Shown: piece by piece, positions 39,715 to 49,817 of the stretch
Numbering within the stretch: the first letter of the stretch is position 1
Layout of the letters: every line of letters begins with the position of its first letter
Assembly (NCBI GenBank): GCA_963725865.1
Contig: CAVSAC010000010.1
Location: 32,001-96,000 of the forward strand
Length of the DNA: 64,000 nucleotides
Direction of reading: 5' to 3'
Origin: Candidatus Eiseniibacteriota bacterium
Lineage (GTDB): Bacteria > Eisenbacteria > RBG-16-71-46
Notes under the pieces: model-generated
The model's input: the letters and a program-made list of their open reading frames with translations, nothing else
What the model was told of the DNA's origin: nothing
Database searches by the model: none
Made by a program: the position numbers and the translations under genes

Positions 39715-40820
39715 GCCGGCCGCCCTCCCGTGGGGTCGCGCGGGTCGAGCGCGTCGCGCAGGCCGTCGCCCAGCAGGTTGAACGCCATCACCGTCAGAAA
39801 GATCGCCACCCCCGGCACGTACAGCAGCCACGGCGACGAGGCGAGCACGTGCGAGCTGCGGGCCTGGTTCAGCATGTTGCCCCACGAGGCGCTGGGCTCC
39901 TGCACGCCGACGCCGAGGAACGAGAGCACCACCTCGCCGACGATGTAGCCGGGCACCGCCAGGGTCGCCGCCACGATCACGAACGACAGCGTGTTCGGCA
40001 GGATGTGGCGCACCAGGACGCGCGCCCGGCTCATGCCGAGCGCCTCGGCGGCCGCGACGTAGTCGGCGCGCCGGATCGCGAGCACCATGCCCCGGATCAC
40101 GCGCGCGAGTCCCGCCCAGCCGATGAACGCCAGGATCGCCACGATCCCGATGTACATCTGTCCGCTCGGCATCCGCGACGGGAACAGCGAGCGCAGCGCG
40201 ACCAGCAGGTAGAGCACCGGCACGCTCAGCAGCAGCTCGGAGGTGCGCATGAGCAGCGCGTCCGCCCACCCGCCCGCGTACCCCGCCAGGCCGCCCAGCA
40301 GCAGGCCGAGCGTGAACGAGATCGCGATGCCGACCAGTCCCACGCCGAGCGAGATGCGCCCGCCGTACAGCAGCCGTGTGAACACGTCGCGACCCAGCGG
40401 ATCGGTGCCCAGCAGGTGGATGCGCTCGGGGGCGTCCACCCCGAACAGGTGCGTGCGCGCCGGGATCAGCCCCGCCAGCCGGTACGGCTCCCCGCGCACC
40501 CACCAGCGCACGCGCACGAGGCGGGTGCGGTCCTCCGCGTACTCGAAGCCGCTCGCGTCGCTGCGGGTCGCGTAGACGAACGGCAGCACGTGCAGGCGGC
40601 CGGCACCCTCCATCCAGTGCAGCCGCTGCGGCGGCTGCAGGAACTTTCCGCGGTCCATCTCGTCCTCCGCGTAGGGCGCCAGGAACGGCGCCAGCAGCGC
40701 GGCGGCGTAGAACGCCACGAGCACGAGCGCGGCCATCACCGCCACGCGGTTGCGCCGAAAGCGGCGCAGGCGGCGGTGCGCGGGCGCCGGGCCGCCGAGC
40801 ACCAGCGCGGCGTCAGACAT
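39711..40820 (-). CDS. Oligopeptide ABC transporter permease (OppC/DppC)
   Basis: [49 protein letters not shown]. Confidence 0.94.
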   Translation of the reverse strand: MSDAALVLGGPAPAHRRLRRFRRNRVAVMAALVLVAFYAAALLAPFLAPYAEDEMDRGKFLQPPQRLHWMEGAGRLHVLPFVYATRSDASGFEYAEDRTRLVRVRWWVRGEPYRLAGLIPARTHLFGVDAPERIHLLGTDPLGRDVFTRLLYGGRISLGVGLVGIAISFTLGLLLGGLAGYAGGWADALLMRTSELLLSVPVLYLLVALRSLFPSRMPSGQMYIGIVAILAFIGWAGLARVIRGMVLAIRRADYVAAAEALGMSRARVLVRHILPNTLSFVIVAATLAVPGYIVGEVVLSFLGVGVQEPSASWGNMLNQARSSHVLASSPWLLYVPGVAIFLTVMAFNLLGDGLRDALDPRDPTGGRPA

Positions 40821-41778
40821 GGGTCAGCCGCGGGTCGGCGACCGCCAGCAGGAGATCGGCCACGAGGTTGCCGAGGATCAGCACGGTGGACGCCATCAGC
40901 ACCGAGCCCGCGACCAGGTACGGATCCTGGGCGAGCAGCGCGTCCATCGTGACCCGCCCGAGGCCCGGCCACGCGAAGATCACCTCGGCCACGAACGAGC
41001 CCGACACCAGCGAGCCGAGCGTGTATCCGAACAGCGTGATCATTGGGTTGAGCGCGTTGCGCAGCGCGTGGCGGCCGATCACGGCGCGCTCGCTGAGCCC
41101 CTTCGCGCGCGCCACGGTGACGTAGTCGAGGCGCAGCACGTCGAGCAGGCTCGAGCGCATCTGGCGCATGCGACCCGCGAGCGGCACCAGCCCCACCACC
41201 AGCGCCGGGAGCACCAGGCGGTGGAGCACGTCGAGCGTGCGGGCGAGCGGCCCCATCTGGTCCCAGCCCACCGCGTGCATGCCGCCGGCCGGGAACCAGC
41301 CCGTCCGCACCGCCAGCAGCAGCAGGAGCAGTCCCGACAGCACCTCGGGGATCGACAGCCCGAGCGTGGCGAACACCGTCAGGCCGCGATCGACGGCGTG
41401 GCCCTGGCGCACGGCGGCCAGCACGCCCAGCGGGATCGCGAGGCCCCACGTCACCAGCGCCGCCGCGACCGACAGCAGCAGCGTGTTGCCGAGCGCCGCC
41501 CACAGCACGGTGAACACCGGCTGGTGGCGCGAGAACGACTCGCCCAGGTCGAGGTGCGCGAGGTTGCGCAGGTAGAGCAGGTACTGCATCCACCACGGCT
41601 GGTCGAGGCCGAAGCGGTGGCGCAGCGCGGCGATGCTCTCGGGCGAGTTCGTCGGATCGAGCGCGAACGCGCTCATCAGGTCGCCTGGCGCCAGCTGCAG
41701 CAGCAGGAACGTCAGCGCCGAGACGCCGAGCAGCAGGGGCACCGCCTGGAGCACGCGTCTCAGCACGTACGTGGGCAT
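40813..41778 (-). CDS. Oligopeptide ABC transporter permease (OppB/DppB)
   Basis: ATG 41778; PGD, FGLDQP..QY, DLGES, DYVTVARAKGL, HALRNA, DPRL. Confidence 0.94.
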   Translation of the reverse strand: MPTYVLRRVLQAVPLLLGVSALTFLLLQLAPGDLMSAFALDPTNSPESIAALRHRFGLDQPWWMQYLLYLRNLAHLDLGESFSRHQPVFTVLWAALGNTLLLSVAAALVTWGLAIPLGVLAAVRQGHAVDRGLTVFATLGLSIPEVLSGLLLLLLAVRTGWFPAGGMHAVGWDQMGPLARTLDVLHRLVLPALVVGLVPLAGRMRQMRSSLLDVLRLDYVTVARAKGLSERAVIGRHALRNALNPMITLFGYTLGSLVSGSFVAEVIFAWPGLGRVTMDALLAQDPYLVAGSVLMASTVLILGNLVADLLLAVADPRLTHV

Positions 41779-41792
41779 GCGGCGGACCCCGC

Positions 41793-43640
41793 CTACCTCC
41801 GGGCTCCGGCCGGGCGCGCGAAGACCTCCGCGATGTTCCACAGCACCCGATGGGGGATCACGGTCGGCTGGATGTTCGCGAAACCGTCCCGCACCGGGAC
41901 CTTGAGCTTCTGCGCCGGCAGCCAGATCAGGAAGCACTCGTCGTTGATGATCCGCTCCACCTCGTGCCACGTGCGCCGCCGCACCTCGAGGTCGAGCGTC
42001 GAGACATTGAGCGCCATCAGCGAGTCCATCCGCGCCTCGGCCGGCGTCTCCGGCGCGGCCTGACGCGGGTTCCAGTAGTGGAGCTGGCCGCTGGAGCGGA
42101 ACACGTTCTGCGCCATCCCCGGATCCGGCGGCACGCCGCTGCCGAGCCCCAGCAGCGCGGCCTCGTACTGATGGTCGTCCTGGATGTTGGCGGCGAGCAC
42201 GCTCATCGCGACGCCCTCCGGGGTCGCCCGGATGCCGACCTGCGCGAGGTCGTCCCGCACCAGCGCGCACATCGCCATCCGGACGTTGTTGTCGCCGTTG
42301 GTGCGCAGCGTGAACTCCACCGGCTTGCCGCCGGCGTCCTCCAGCACGCCGTCGCCGTTGCGGTCGCGCAATCCCATCTCGGCCAGCAGCCGGCGCGCGC
42401 CCGCGGGATCGTAGTCGGGGCCGCGGAGCGAGGGGTCGTACCAGTGCTTGTTCCCCGGCGTGATCTGGCTCCAGCTCGGCACCGCCTCGCCGTGATAGGC
42501 GCCCCGGATGATGGCGCCCCGGTCGATCGCCATCGAGACCGCGCGACGGAATCGCGGATCGGCGAACAACCGGTACTTGGCCGGGTCGACGCACGGCTGG
42601 CCGAGCACCGTGCCCGCGGGCACCTTTCCCGCCGGATCGGCGTGCACGCGCGCCAGGTTGAACCACAGGCATGCGGAGGTCAGCGACGGACCCAGATCGT
42701 AGAGCGTGTAGTGGCCCTTCGCCTGGCCGTCGGCGTAGCTCTTGTAGTCCTCCGGCTTCACGTTCTCGAGCGCGTCCAGCTCGCCGGCCTGGAACTTGGC
42801 GGCCGCGACGGTCTGGTCCGGTACGACCAGCATCATCACCTCGTCGAGATACGGCAGCCGCCCGCCGCGCTGGTCGACCTGGAACCAGTAGGGATTGCGC
42901 TCCAGCGTCGTGCGCTCGTCCTGCACGAAACGGCGCAGCCGCCACGCGCCGCTGGTCACCAGGCTCTCGGGCGGCGTGGTCGTGCGGTACATCTGCGCGA
43001 AGCGGCCGGCGCGGTAGGCGGGCTCGAGGATGTGGCGCGGCATGATCCGGAGCGCTCCCACCGCCGGCACCATGAGCGCGTACGGCCGCGGGGAGCGCAC
43101 GATCACCGTGAGCGAATCCGGTGCCGTGACCTCGAGCGGCTGGCCGTCCACCTTCAGCAGCTCCTGCAGCGACGGGTGCAGGGTGGTGTCGTAGACCAGC
43201 TCGAACATGAACAGCACGTCCGCCGCGGTGAGCGGGTGGCCGTCGGAGAAGCACAGGCCGCGGCGCAGGTGCCACGTGTACGTGCGGCCGTCGGGGCTCA
43301 CGTCCCAGGACTTCGCGAGCAGCGGGTACGATTCCTCGGACTCGTTGTCGAACTCGCTCAGCCCCGCGAACAGCAGTCCGTTCACGTCGCGCGACGGGCT
43401 GTCGTTGGCGAGCAGCGCGTTGAAACTCTTGGGACTCGCCGTCTGCCCGAGGACGAAGCGTCCGCCGTGGACACCGACCTGGCGCATCGGCACCGTCATC
43501 GTGTCGGGCGGCAGCGGGAGCGAGTCCCGGTACCCGGTGTCCCGCAGGGTCTGCTGTCCGGAGCAGCCGGCGAGCCCGCCGAGCGTGGCCGCCAACAGCA
43601 GTGCGGCCAGGATCCGAAGGGGTGTCGAGTCCGATCGCAT
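41793..43640 (-). CDS. Family-5 ABC substrate-binding lipoprotein (OppA/DppA-like)
   Basis: Lipobox LAGC; PKSFN, PLLAKSWDVSPDG.TYT..LR.G..FSDG.PLTA.DV.F, LERNPYWF, FRRAVS.AIDR. Confidence 0.92.
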   Translation of the reverse strand: MRSDSTPLRILAALLLAATLGGLAGCSGQQTLRDTGYRDSLPLPPDTMTVPMRQVGVHGGRFVLGQTASPKSFNALLANDSPSRDVNGLLFAGLSEFDNESEESYPLLAKSWDVSPDGRTYTWHLRRGLCFSDGHPLTAADVLFMFELVYDTTLHPSLQELLKVDGQPLEVTAPDSLTVIVRSPRPYALMVPAVGALRIMPRHILEPAYRAGRFAQMYRTTTPPESLVTSGAWRLRRFVQDERTTLERNPYWFQVDQRGGRLPYLDEVMMLVVPDQTVAAAKFQAGELDALENVKPEDYKSYADGQAKGHYTLYDLGPSLTSACLWFNLARVHADPAGKVPAGTVLGQPCVDPAKYRLFADPRFRRAVSMAIDRGAIIRGAYHGEAVPSWSQITPGNKHWYDPSLRGPDYDPAGARRLLAEMGLRDRNGDGVLEDAGGKPVEFTLRTNGDNNVRMAMCALVRDDLAQVGIRATPEGVAMSVLAANIQDDHQYEAALLGLGSGVPPDPGMAQNVFRSSGQLHYWNPRQAAPETPAEARMDSLMALNVSTLDLEVRRRTWHEVERIINDECFLIWLPAQKLKVPVRDGFANIQPTVIPHRVLWNIAEVFARPAGARR

Positions 43641-43702
43641 GTATGCGGTTCTCCGATGGGCGCTGCGGAGGAGCGCGAGACGGGGCAGTATAGGCTGATG
43701 CA

Positions 43703-44491
43703 TCAGGCGGTCAACCACTCGAGTGCCTCCGGACCGCTCACGAGTCGCGCGCCCGGCGGGCACTCCGCGAGCAGCGCCTTTGCCCAGTCGGCCCGCGTCG
43801 TTCCGGGCCCCAGGTACGTCCCGGCCGGCGCGGTCGCGCGCGCCAGGACGGCGCGCTCCCGGGAGCGGCGCTCGTCCGGGATCGCCAGGTAGTCGACCAG
43901 CCGCAGGTGCCCCGCGCCGAGCAGCACGCTCCCCTGTTGCAGCAGCGCGCGCGCGAGCCGGCGCTGCGCGCTCCCGACCAGCTTGCGGCCGCCCAGCTCC
44001 ACCTCGTGGCGGGCGGTCGAAGCGAAGCAGGGCGCCGCTGGCCCGTGGGGCCCGCGCGGCGCCAGGTCGCTCGCGCGCGCGCCCGCCGGCACCAGCTCCG
44101 CCGGCACTCCGAGCCGCCGCAGCGAAGCCGCGATCAGCCGGGACGCGCGGGCATAGGCGCGATCGAGCGTCCCGCCCCACTCGGGATCCTCGAGCGCGGC
44201 GGCGAGCGAGTACGTCCACTCGTCGGCGTGGAAGATCGCGCGGCCGCCGGTCGGTCGCACCGCCCAACGGATGCCGTCCCGCGCGCAGCGCGCCAGATCG
44301 AGCTCGCGGGCGGGGTCCTGCGCGTGTCCGAGCGTGATGCCCGGCGGGTCGAACGCGAACACACGCAGCACCGCCTCGTTCCCGGGTGCCCGCCCGGCCT
44401 CGAAGGTCGCGAGCAGCGCCGCGTCGCGCGCCATCGCGGCGGGGGCGTCGTGCGCGTCGTCGAGCCACACGATCACGGGCGCGGCTCCCAC
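43703..44491 (-). CDS. Lipoate-protein ligase / octanoyltransferase (LplA/LipM-like)
   Basis: MARDAALL, ITLG..Q, VRPTGGRAIFH..EWTYS, CF, GRKLVGSAQ, LLQQGS. Confidence 0.85.
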   Translation of the reverse strand: MGAAPVIVWLDDAHDAPAAMARDAALLATFEAGRAPGNEAVLRVFAFDPPGITLGHAQDPARELDLARCARDGIRWAVRPTGGRAIFHADEWTYSLAAALEDPEWGGTLDRAYARASRLIAASLRRLGVPAELVPAGARASDLAPRGPHGPAAPCFASTARHEVELGGRKLVGSAQRRLARALLQQGSVLLGAGHLRLVDYLAIPDERRSRERAVLARATAPAGTYLGPGTTRADWAKALLAECPPGARLVSGPEALEWLTA

Positions 44492-44498
44492 AGGGCCG

Positions 44499-45188
44499 TC
44501 ATCGCAGGCCCAGCCAGGTCTCGAGCAGGAACTGGAAGCGGCCGATCAGCAGCGAGACCCGCGACATCACGGTGTAGCCGTAGCTCGCGCCGAAGCCGAC
44601 CATCAGGAACGTCACCCCGACGCGAGCCGCGACGCCCAGCGCGCCGCGGTGCTCGCGGCTGAAGAAGAAGAACAGCAGCGTGGCCACCAGCCCGACCGTG
44701 AACACGATCGCGCTCAGACTGCTCGCGAGCTGGCCGGTCCACAGCGGGCGGATGCTGGCCTGCACCTGCGCCAGCAGGTCGCTCTGGGCGAAGCCAGTCG
44801 TGCGCAGCCCCGCGTAGACGCCGATCACGACGGCGAGCGAGCAGCGCGACAGCCAGCCGATGCGCGGGATCAGCCGGGTGAACAGCAGCGCGCCGAGGAT
44901 CGCCGGCAGCAGCAGCCACAGCCGGTAGTCCCCGAGCCCCGCCGCCAGCGCTCCGTGGCGGGCCGGGTCGACCCCCTCGCCCCGCAGCGCGCGCCCCAGC
45001 GGCTCGACCAGGTTGGGGACGATCACGGTCCAGTAGTTCAGCACGATGAAGTACCCGGCCGACACGCCGACGAACAGGTGCTCGACGAACCGGTACACGG
45101 GATTGTCGCGCCACAGGAATGAGAACACCGCGAGCGTCAGCAGCGCGGCCACCCACACGCCCGGGCTCGTCGCGACGTGCAGGCTCAT
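44499..45188 (-). CDS. Uncharacterised polytopic membrane protein (DUF6754-type cluster)
   Basis: ATG 45188; about 6 hydrophobic segments; SFLWRDNPVYRFVEHLFVG and FGASYGYTVMSR. Confidence 0.8.
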   Translation of the reverse strand: MSLHVATSPGVWVAALLTLAVFSFLWRDNPVYRFVEHLFVGVSAGYFIVLNYWTVIVPNLVEPLGRALRGEGVDPARHGALAAGLGDYRLWLLLPAILGALLFTRLIPRIGWLSRCSLAVVIGVYAGLRTTGFAQSDLLAQVQASIRPLWTGQLASSLSAIVFTVGLVATLLFFFFSREHRGALGVAARVGVTFLMVGFGASYGYTVMSRVSLLIGRFQFLLETWLGLR

Positions 45189-46012
45189 GCGGACTCCTTC
45201 CGCGCGGGGTCCGCCGCGAGGTTGCCCAGCAGGATGCACAGCGCCACGAACAGGTGCGCGAGCGACTGCGCGTCCATGCCGCGCGTGGCGGCCCCGCGCT
45301 CGCGGCGCAGCAGCTCGTACTCCGCGGCCCCCGCCATGCCCCCCAGCAGGCCGCGCAGCTGCCCCGACTGCAGGTAGGGGTAGAACTCGGGGGCACTGAC
45401 CGCCGTCACCCCCGCGACCATCGGCAGGTGGAAGCGGGTCTGGACCTGTTGCACCCACTCCTTCGTGCCCGGGGTCCCCTCCGAGAGGCTGACCAGCAGC
45501 GCGAACGCACCGTAGTCGCGCGCGCGCTGCATCAGCGGGAGCGTGCGCACGTCGGTGCCGCGCTGGTCGCGCGGGAACGCGCCCGCCAGCCCCTGCCCCA
45601 TCAGCACCATCACCGCCTCGTCGCCGGCCTTGTACCCGAGATCCACCCAGTCCTCGCCGTAGCGCTTGCCCGGGAACTCGCGCGCGGTCTCGCGGAGCAC
45701 GCTGTCGACCAGCGCGGGGCCGCCGTTCCAGAGCACCGTGACCACCACCCGGCAGTCGCGCGCCATCAGGTGCCGGAACGTGGTGCGCGTCATCGGTACC
45801 AGCTCCGGACTGCCACTGGGGTCGTAGTCGCACGCCAGCAGCACGAGCGAGCCGGGCGGCAGCGCCTCGAGCGCGCGCGCGTAGCGCTCCACCGGCGGGC
45901 TGACGGTCAGCGGCAGGCGCAGCGGAAACCGCATCGGCACCAGCACCAGCACCGCCAGCGCCGCGAACAGCCACCGCCGATCGAGGCCCCCCAACCGCTC
46001 GCGCAGGGTCAT
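45185..46012 (-). CDS. Uncharacterised membrane-anchored alpha/beta protein (DUF6754-type cluster)
   Basis: N-terminal TM, ~200-aa soluble domain (YGEDWVDLGY, PYLQSGQL.GLLGG..GAAEYE), C-terminal TM. Confidence 0.8.
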   Translation of the reverse strand: MTLRERLGGLDRRWLFAALAVLVLVPMRFPLRLPLTVSPPVERYARALEALPPGSLVLLACDYDPSGSPELVPMTRTTFRHLMARDCRVVVTVLWNGGPALVDSVLRETAREFPGKRYGEDWVDLGYKAGDEAVMVLMGQGLAGAFPRDQRGTDVRTLPLMQRARDYGAFALLVSLSEGTPGTKEWVQQVQTRFHLPMVAGVTAVSAPEFYPYLQSGQLRGLLGGMAGAAEYELLRRERGAATRGMDAQSLAHLFVALCILLGNLAADPARKESA

Positions 46013-46015
46013 CGC

Positions 46016-46690
46016 TCAGTCCCCGCGCCCGAGGGCGGCACGCTCGAGGCCCAGGACGAGGCGCAGGCCGGTCGCCATGACGCCCATCGCGGCGCCGATC
46101 AGGATCGCGCGCTTCGCCGCGTTCTGGGGCACGTCCATGATCCACTCCTGCATCGTCAGCGGCTGGAGCGCGTGCGCGAGCCCGGCCGGCAGGTGCTCCA
46201 GCAGCGGCCGCGCCAGCACGTTCGTGAGCGGCACGCGCCCCAGCAGCACCAGCAGTGCCGCGGCGGCCAGCAGGGCGGTCTCCCAGGTGCGGATCCGGAA
46301 CGCGCGATAGGCCGCCGAGGCGATGAAGAACGCCAGCAGCGCGAACAGGGTGGCGGCCATCGGCGAGTAGAGCTGGTCGTAGAGCCAGCGCGAGCGCGTC
46401 CCGGGCGCGAGGAACCCGGGGCCCTCGATCAGCCCCACCACCACGGTGCCGACCAGCGAACCCACCAGCACCAGCTTGTACGGCCAGCCCTCCGCCCGCT
46501 GCGCGATCGCGCCCAGATGGACCCGCAGGAGGTGCGCCCCGCCGAGCACGTAGCCGCACGCCACCACGATCACCGCGCAGGCCTGCAGGAAGTCCGCGGG
46601 CACGCTCACGACCTGATGGGGCACGAAGTACGACAGGATCATGAACAGCCCGATGACCGCCGTCAGGACGAGGGGCAGCTGGCGTCGCAC
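46016..46690 (-). CDS. Uncharacterised polytopic membrane protein (DUF6754-type cluster)
   Basis: About 6 hydrophobic segments; LLAFFIASAAYRAFRIR and AAKRAILIGAAMG...LGLER. Confidence 0.8.
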   Translation of the reverse strand: MRRQLPLVLTAVIGLFMILSYFVPHQVVSVPADFLQACAVIVVACGYVLGGAHLLRVHLGAIAQRAEGWPYKLVLVGSLVGTVVVGLIEGPGFLAPGTRSRWLYDQLYSPMAATLFALLAFFIASAAYRAFRIRTWETALLAAAALLVLLGRVPLTNVLARPLLEHLPAGLAHALQPLTMQEWIMDVPQNAAKRAILIGAAMGVMATGLRLVLGLERAALGRGD

Positions 46691-46699
46691 GCGCGCTCC

Positions 46700-47941
46700 C
46701 TACGGCCGTCCGACCAGCGCGGAGAGCCAGTGCACTCCGGCGGTCTCGAGCGCGCAGCCGATCAGGACGACCGCGACGATCACCAGCTTGAACGCATCCG
46801 CGGCGATCACGCTGCCCACCAGGCGCGGGGCCCGCGTGAGGTAGGCGCCGGCCGCGAACAGCTCCTCGCCCATCAGCGTGTGATCGCACGCCGCCACGAA
46901 GAATGGCAGCTGGTGCACGCTCGCGGTCCCCGCCACCTGCAGCGCGCCACTCGCCGCTCCGGTCTCCGCGAGCAGCAGGGATTCCGCGTGGAACGCGCCC
47001 ATGTACAGCACCGCGGCCGGCCGCTCGCGCGCCACGATCCCGGTGATGGCCGCCACGAACGCGAACTGTTCGGGCGAGACGAACCGCACGCTCGCCGGGT
47101 CGTACGCCTCCGGTCGACCCGCCGCGGCGAGCCCCGCGCGCACGGCCTCCTCGGCCACCGCGTGCGGGATTGGATAGCGCACCGGCACCACCAGCTCGAC
47201 CTCACGGGCGGCCGCGCGGCGTGCCACGTCCTCGAGCACGCCGAGCCCCGCCACCGTCTGCAGGTCGTCGATGTCCCCGGTCCCGGGGATGAACAGCAGC
47301 GGGCGCCGGCGCGCGGCCGCGCGCGCGATCGCGTCCTCGATGGCGGCGATCCCGGGCAGGCGACGCAGGGGCGGCGGCTCCCCGCTCCCGGCCCGCAGCA
47401 CGAACGCCAGCACGCACACGAAGAACGCCAGCGTCACCACGAGCACCCGCACGCGGCGCGAGTCGAACCAGTCCGAGCGCGCGGTCACCGGCCCGGTCAC
47501 GCTCAGCGCGGGCGCGCGCCCTCCCGGACCGACCGCGGTGACGCGGTAGAAGTAGTCGGTGTCTCGACGCAGGGTGCGGTCCAGGGCCGCGGTGTCGCCC
47601 GCCGCGACCGAGTCCACCGCGGTCCACGGCCCACCCGGCGCCGGGCCGCGCTCGAGCACGTAGCGCGCGAGCCGGCCGGAGCCCTCGTCCGGCGATCGCC
47701 GCCACTCCAGCCGCACCGAGCGCCCCGCGTCGTCGCGGGTGTCCGACCAGTCGAGCCCGGTGGCGGGCGCCGGCGGCGGCATGGCGCCGGGCGCGCTGAT
47801 CACCGGCGCCGGGGCGGCCGGCGGGAGGTCGCGGATGATCACGATCTCCTCCCGCGCCCGCGCAGCGGCCGGCGGCAGGACCAGCAGGGCCGCCAGCGCG
47901 AGCCCGCGGGCCACGCGGGCGAGCCCGCTCGGGGCGGACAT
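46700..47941 (-). CDS. FN3-like plus DUF6754-like membrane protein
   Basis: Signal peptide; FN3-like (VRLEW...YFYRVTA); TM; LRRLPGI.AIEDAI.RA, QFAF, GAFHAESLLLAE.G, QLPFFVAACD.TLMGEELFAAGAY; C-terminal TM. Confidence 0.78.
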   Translation of the reverse strand: MSAPSGLARVARGLALAALLVLPPAAARAREEIVIIRDLPPAAPAPVISAPGAMPPPAPATGLDWSDTRDDAGRSVRLEWRRSPDEGSGRLARYVLERGPAPGGPWTAVDSVAAGDTAALDRTLRRDTDYFYRVTAVGPGGRAPALSVTGPVTARSDWFDSRRVRVLVVTLAFFVCVLAFVLRAGSGEPPPLRRLPGIAAIEDAIARAAARRRPLLFIPGTGDIDDLQTVAGLGVLEDVARRAAAREVELVVPVRYPIPHAVAEEAVRAGLAAAGRPEAYDPASVRFVSPEQFAFVAAITGIVARERPAAVLYMGAFHAESLLLAETGAASGALQVAGTASVHQLPFFVAACDHTLMGEELFAAGAYLTRAPRLVGSVIAADAFKLVIVAVVLIGCALETAGVHWLSALVGRP

Positions 47942-48300
47942 CAGCGGGCCTCCGGGGTCCGCGCCGGTCGCGCGGAGCGCGCCACGATCGCACGCTCCTC
48001 GATGCGCTCGATGAGCAGGCTCAGCGCGTCGCGGCGCTCGAGCAGCCGCGCGAAACGGTCGTAGTCCGGCAGCGCGAACAGCGCCTGGGCGAACGGCTGG
48101 AAGAACACCAGCGCCTGCCCGGCCAGCACCGAGAGCGGCCGCGCGGTCTCGAGCGCGAGCAACGCCGGCGCCGCGAGGTGCAGCTCCACGATCCGCCCCG
48201 CCACCCGCTCCAGCAGCGCGACGTCCTCCGCGGCCAGCGACGGAACCGAGCGTGCCGCGTGCTCCTCACCCCGCTCCGTCGCTGGTCCTCGGGTGGACAT
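47941..48300 (-). CDS. Small helical hypothetical protein
   Basis: Tightly packed between gcvPB and the DUF6754-like gene; LLERVA.RIV...PALL.LE..RPLS....QALVFF.P...LLE.R. Confidence 0.7.
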   Translation of the reverse strand: MSTRGPATERGEEHAARSVPSLAAEDVALLERVAGRIVELHLAAPALLALETARPLSVLAGQALVFFQPFAQALFALPDYDRFARLLERRDALSLLIERIEERAIVARSARPARTPEAR

Positions 48301-48314
48301 CCGCCCTCCGGCCG

Positions 48315-49817
48315 TCAGGCTTTGGCTGCGGCCTCGCGTACCGGTTCCGCCGCGGCCGGGGTGGGCGCCGACCAGCGCAGCACCAGCTCCCGCGCGGCAC
48401 GCCCCTCGTCGAGCCGCTGCACCGGTGCCGTGTGCGGCGCGCCGTGCAGCAGGTCCGGCGACTCCACCGCCTCGCGCGCGATCTGCTCCATCGCCTCCGC
48501 GAAGTGGTCCAGCCGATCCAGCGTCTCGGTCTCCGTCGGCTCGATCATCAGCGCTTCCTCGACGATGAGCGGGAAGTACACCGTCGGCGCGTGCACGCCG
48601 AAGTCGAGCAGACGCTTCGCGACGTCGAGCGTCTTGACGCCGTGCTTCTTGAGCCCGCGCCCCGACAGCACGAACTCGTGCATGCAGTGCGCGTCGTGCG
48701 GCAGGTCGTAGGACTTCGCCAACCGCCGCATGAGGTAGTTCGCGTTCAGGATCGCCCCGCGGCTCACCTCCCGCAGGCCGGCCGGCCCGTGGGTGAGGAT
48801 GTAGGCCAGCGCCCGCACCAGGATGCCGAAGTTCCCGTTGAAGGAGTGGACGCGCCCGATCGACTGCGCGCGTTCGTGGATCAGCCGCAGCCGTCCGCCG
48901 TGCTCCTCCACCAGCGGTACCGGCAGGAACGGCTCGAGGTGCCGCGCGACTGCGACCGGCCCCGCACCCGGGCCGCCGCCACCGTGGGGCGTCGAGAACG
49001 TCTTGTGCACGTTGATGTGCATGACGTCGAATCCGAGATCACCCGGCCGCACCAGCCCGACCAGGGCGTTCAGGTTCGCGCCGTCCATGTACATCTGGAC
49101 ACCCGCCCGGTGGGCCATCTCGATCAGCTCGCGGATGTGCGACTCGAACAGCCCGACGGTGTTCGGGACCGTGATCATCATGGCGGCCACGTGATCGTCG
49201 AGCAGCTTCGCCAGCGCGTCGAGATCCACGCTCGCGTCCGCGCGCGAGGGCACCGTCACGGCCTGCCAGCCCACCAGGTTGACGCTCGCCGGGTTGGTGC
49301 CGTGCGCCGAATCCGGCACCAGCACCTTGGTCCGCTTCTCGCCCTCGCCGCGCGAGCGGTGATACGCGCGGATCAGCATCAATCCGGTCATCTCGCCCTG
49401 CGCGCCGGCCGCCGGCTGCGTGGTCACGGCGCTGAATCCGGTGACCGCGGCCAGCACCCGCTGCAGCTCGAGGATCACGCGCAGCGCACCCTGATTCGCG
49501 TCGTCGCTCGCCAGCGGATGCGCGAGCGCGAAGCCCGGCAGCACGGCGAGCTCGTCGTTGATCTTCGGATTGTGCTTCATCGTGCACGAGCCGAGCGGAT
49601 ACAGCCCCTTGTCGATGTGATGGTTCATCGAGGACAGCTCGATGAAGTGGCGCACCACCTCGGGCTCGGTCACCTGCGGGAACGCCAGCGAGCCGCGCAG
49701 GGGCGCGCCGGGCAGCAGCTCGGCGAGCGGCCGCGTCGGGACGTCGCAGGCGGGCAGCGCGGGGCCGCGATGGCCCTGGCCGCCCTGCTCGATCAACAGC
49801 CGGCCCTGGAGGTTCAT
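48315..49817 (-). CDS. gcvPB: Glycine dehydrogenase (decarboxylating) subunit 2
   Basis: ATG 49817; YPLGSCTMKHNP, QPAAGAQGE, PDSAHGTNPAS, YMDGANLNA, NVHKTFSTPHGGGGPG, MIEPTETE. Confidence 0.96.
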   Translation of the reverse strand: MNLQGRLLIEQGGQGHRGPALPACDVPTRPLAELLPGAPLRGSLAFPQVTEPEVVRHFIELSSMNHHIDKGLYPLGSCTMKHNPKINDELAVLPGFALAHPLASDDANQGALRVILELQRVLAAVTGFSAVTTQPAAGAQGEMTGLMLIRAYHRSRGEGEKRTKVLVPDSAHGTNPASVNLVGWQAVTVPSRADASVDLDALAKLLDDHVAAMMITVPNTVGLFESHIRELIEMAHRAGVQMYMDGANLNALVGLVRPGDLGFDVMHINVHKTFSTPHGGGGPGAGPVAVARHLEPFLPVPLVEEHGGRLRLIHERAQSIGRVHSFNGNFGILVRALAYILTHGPAGLREVSRGAILNANYLMRRLAKSYDLPHDAHCMHEFVLSGRGLKKHGVKTLDVAKRLLDFGVHAPTVYFPLIVEEALMIEPTETETLDRLDHFAEAMEQIAREAVESPDLLHGAPHTAPVQRLDEGRAARELVLRWSAPTPAAAEPVREAAAKA

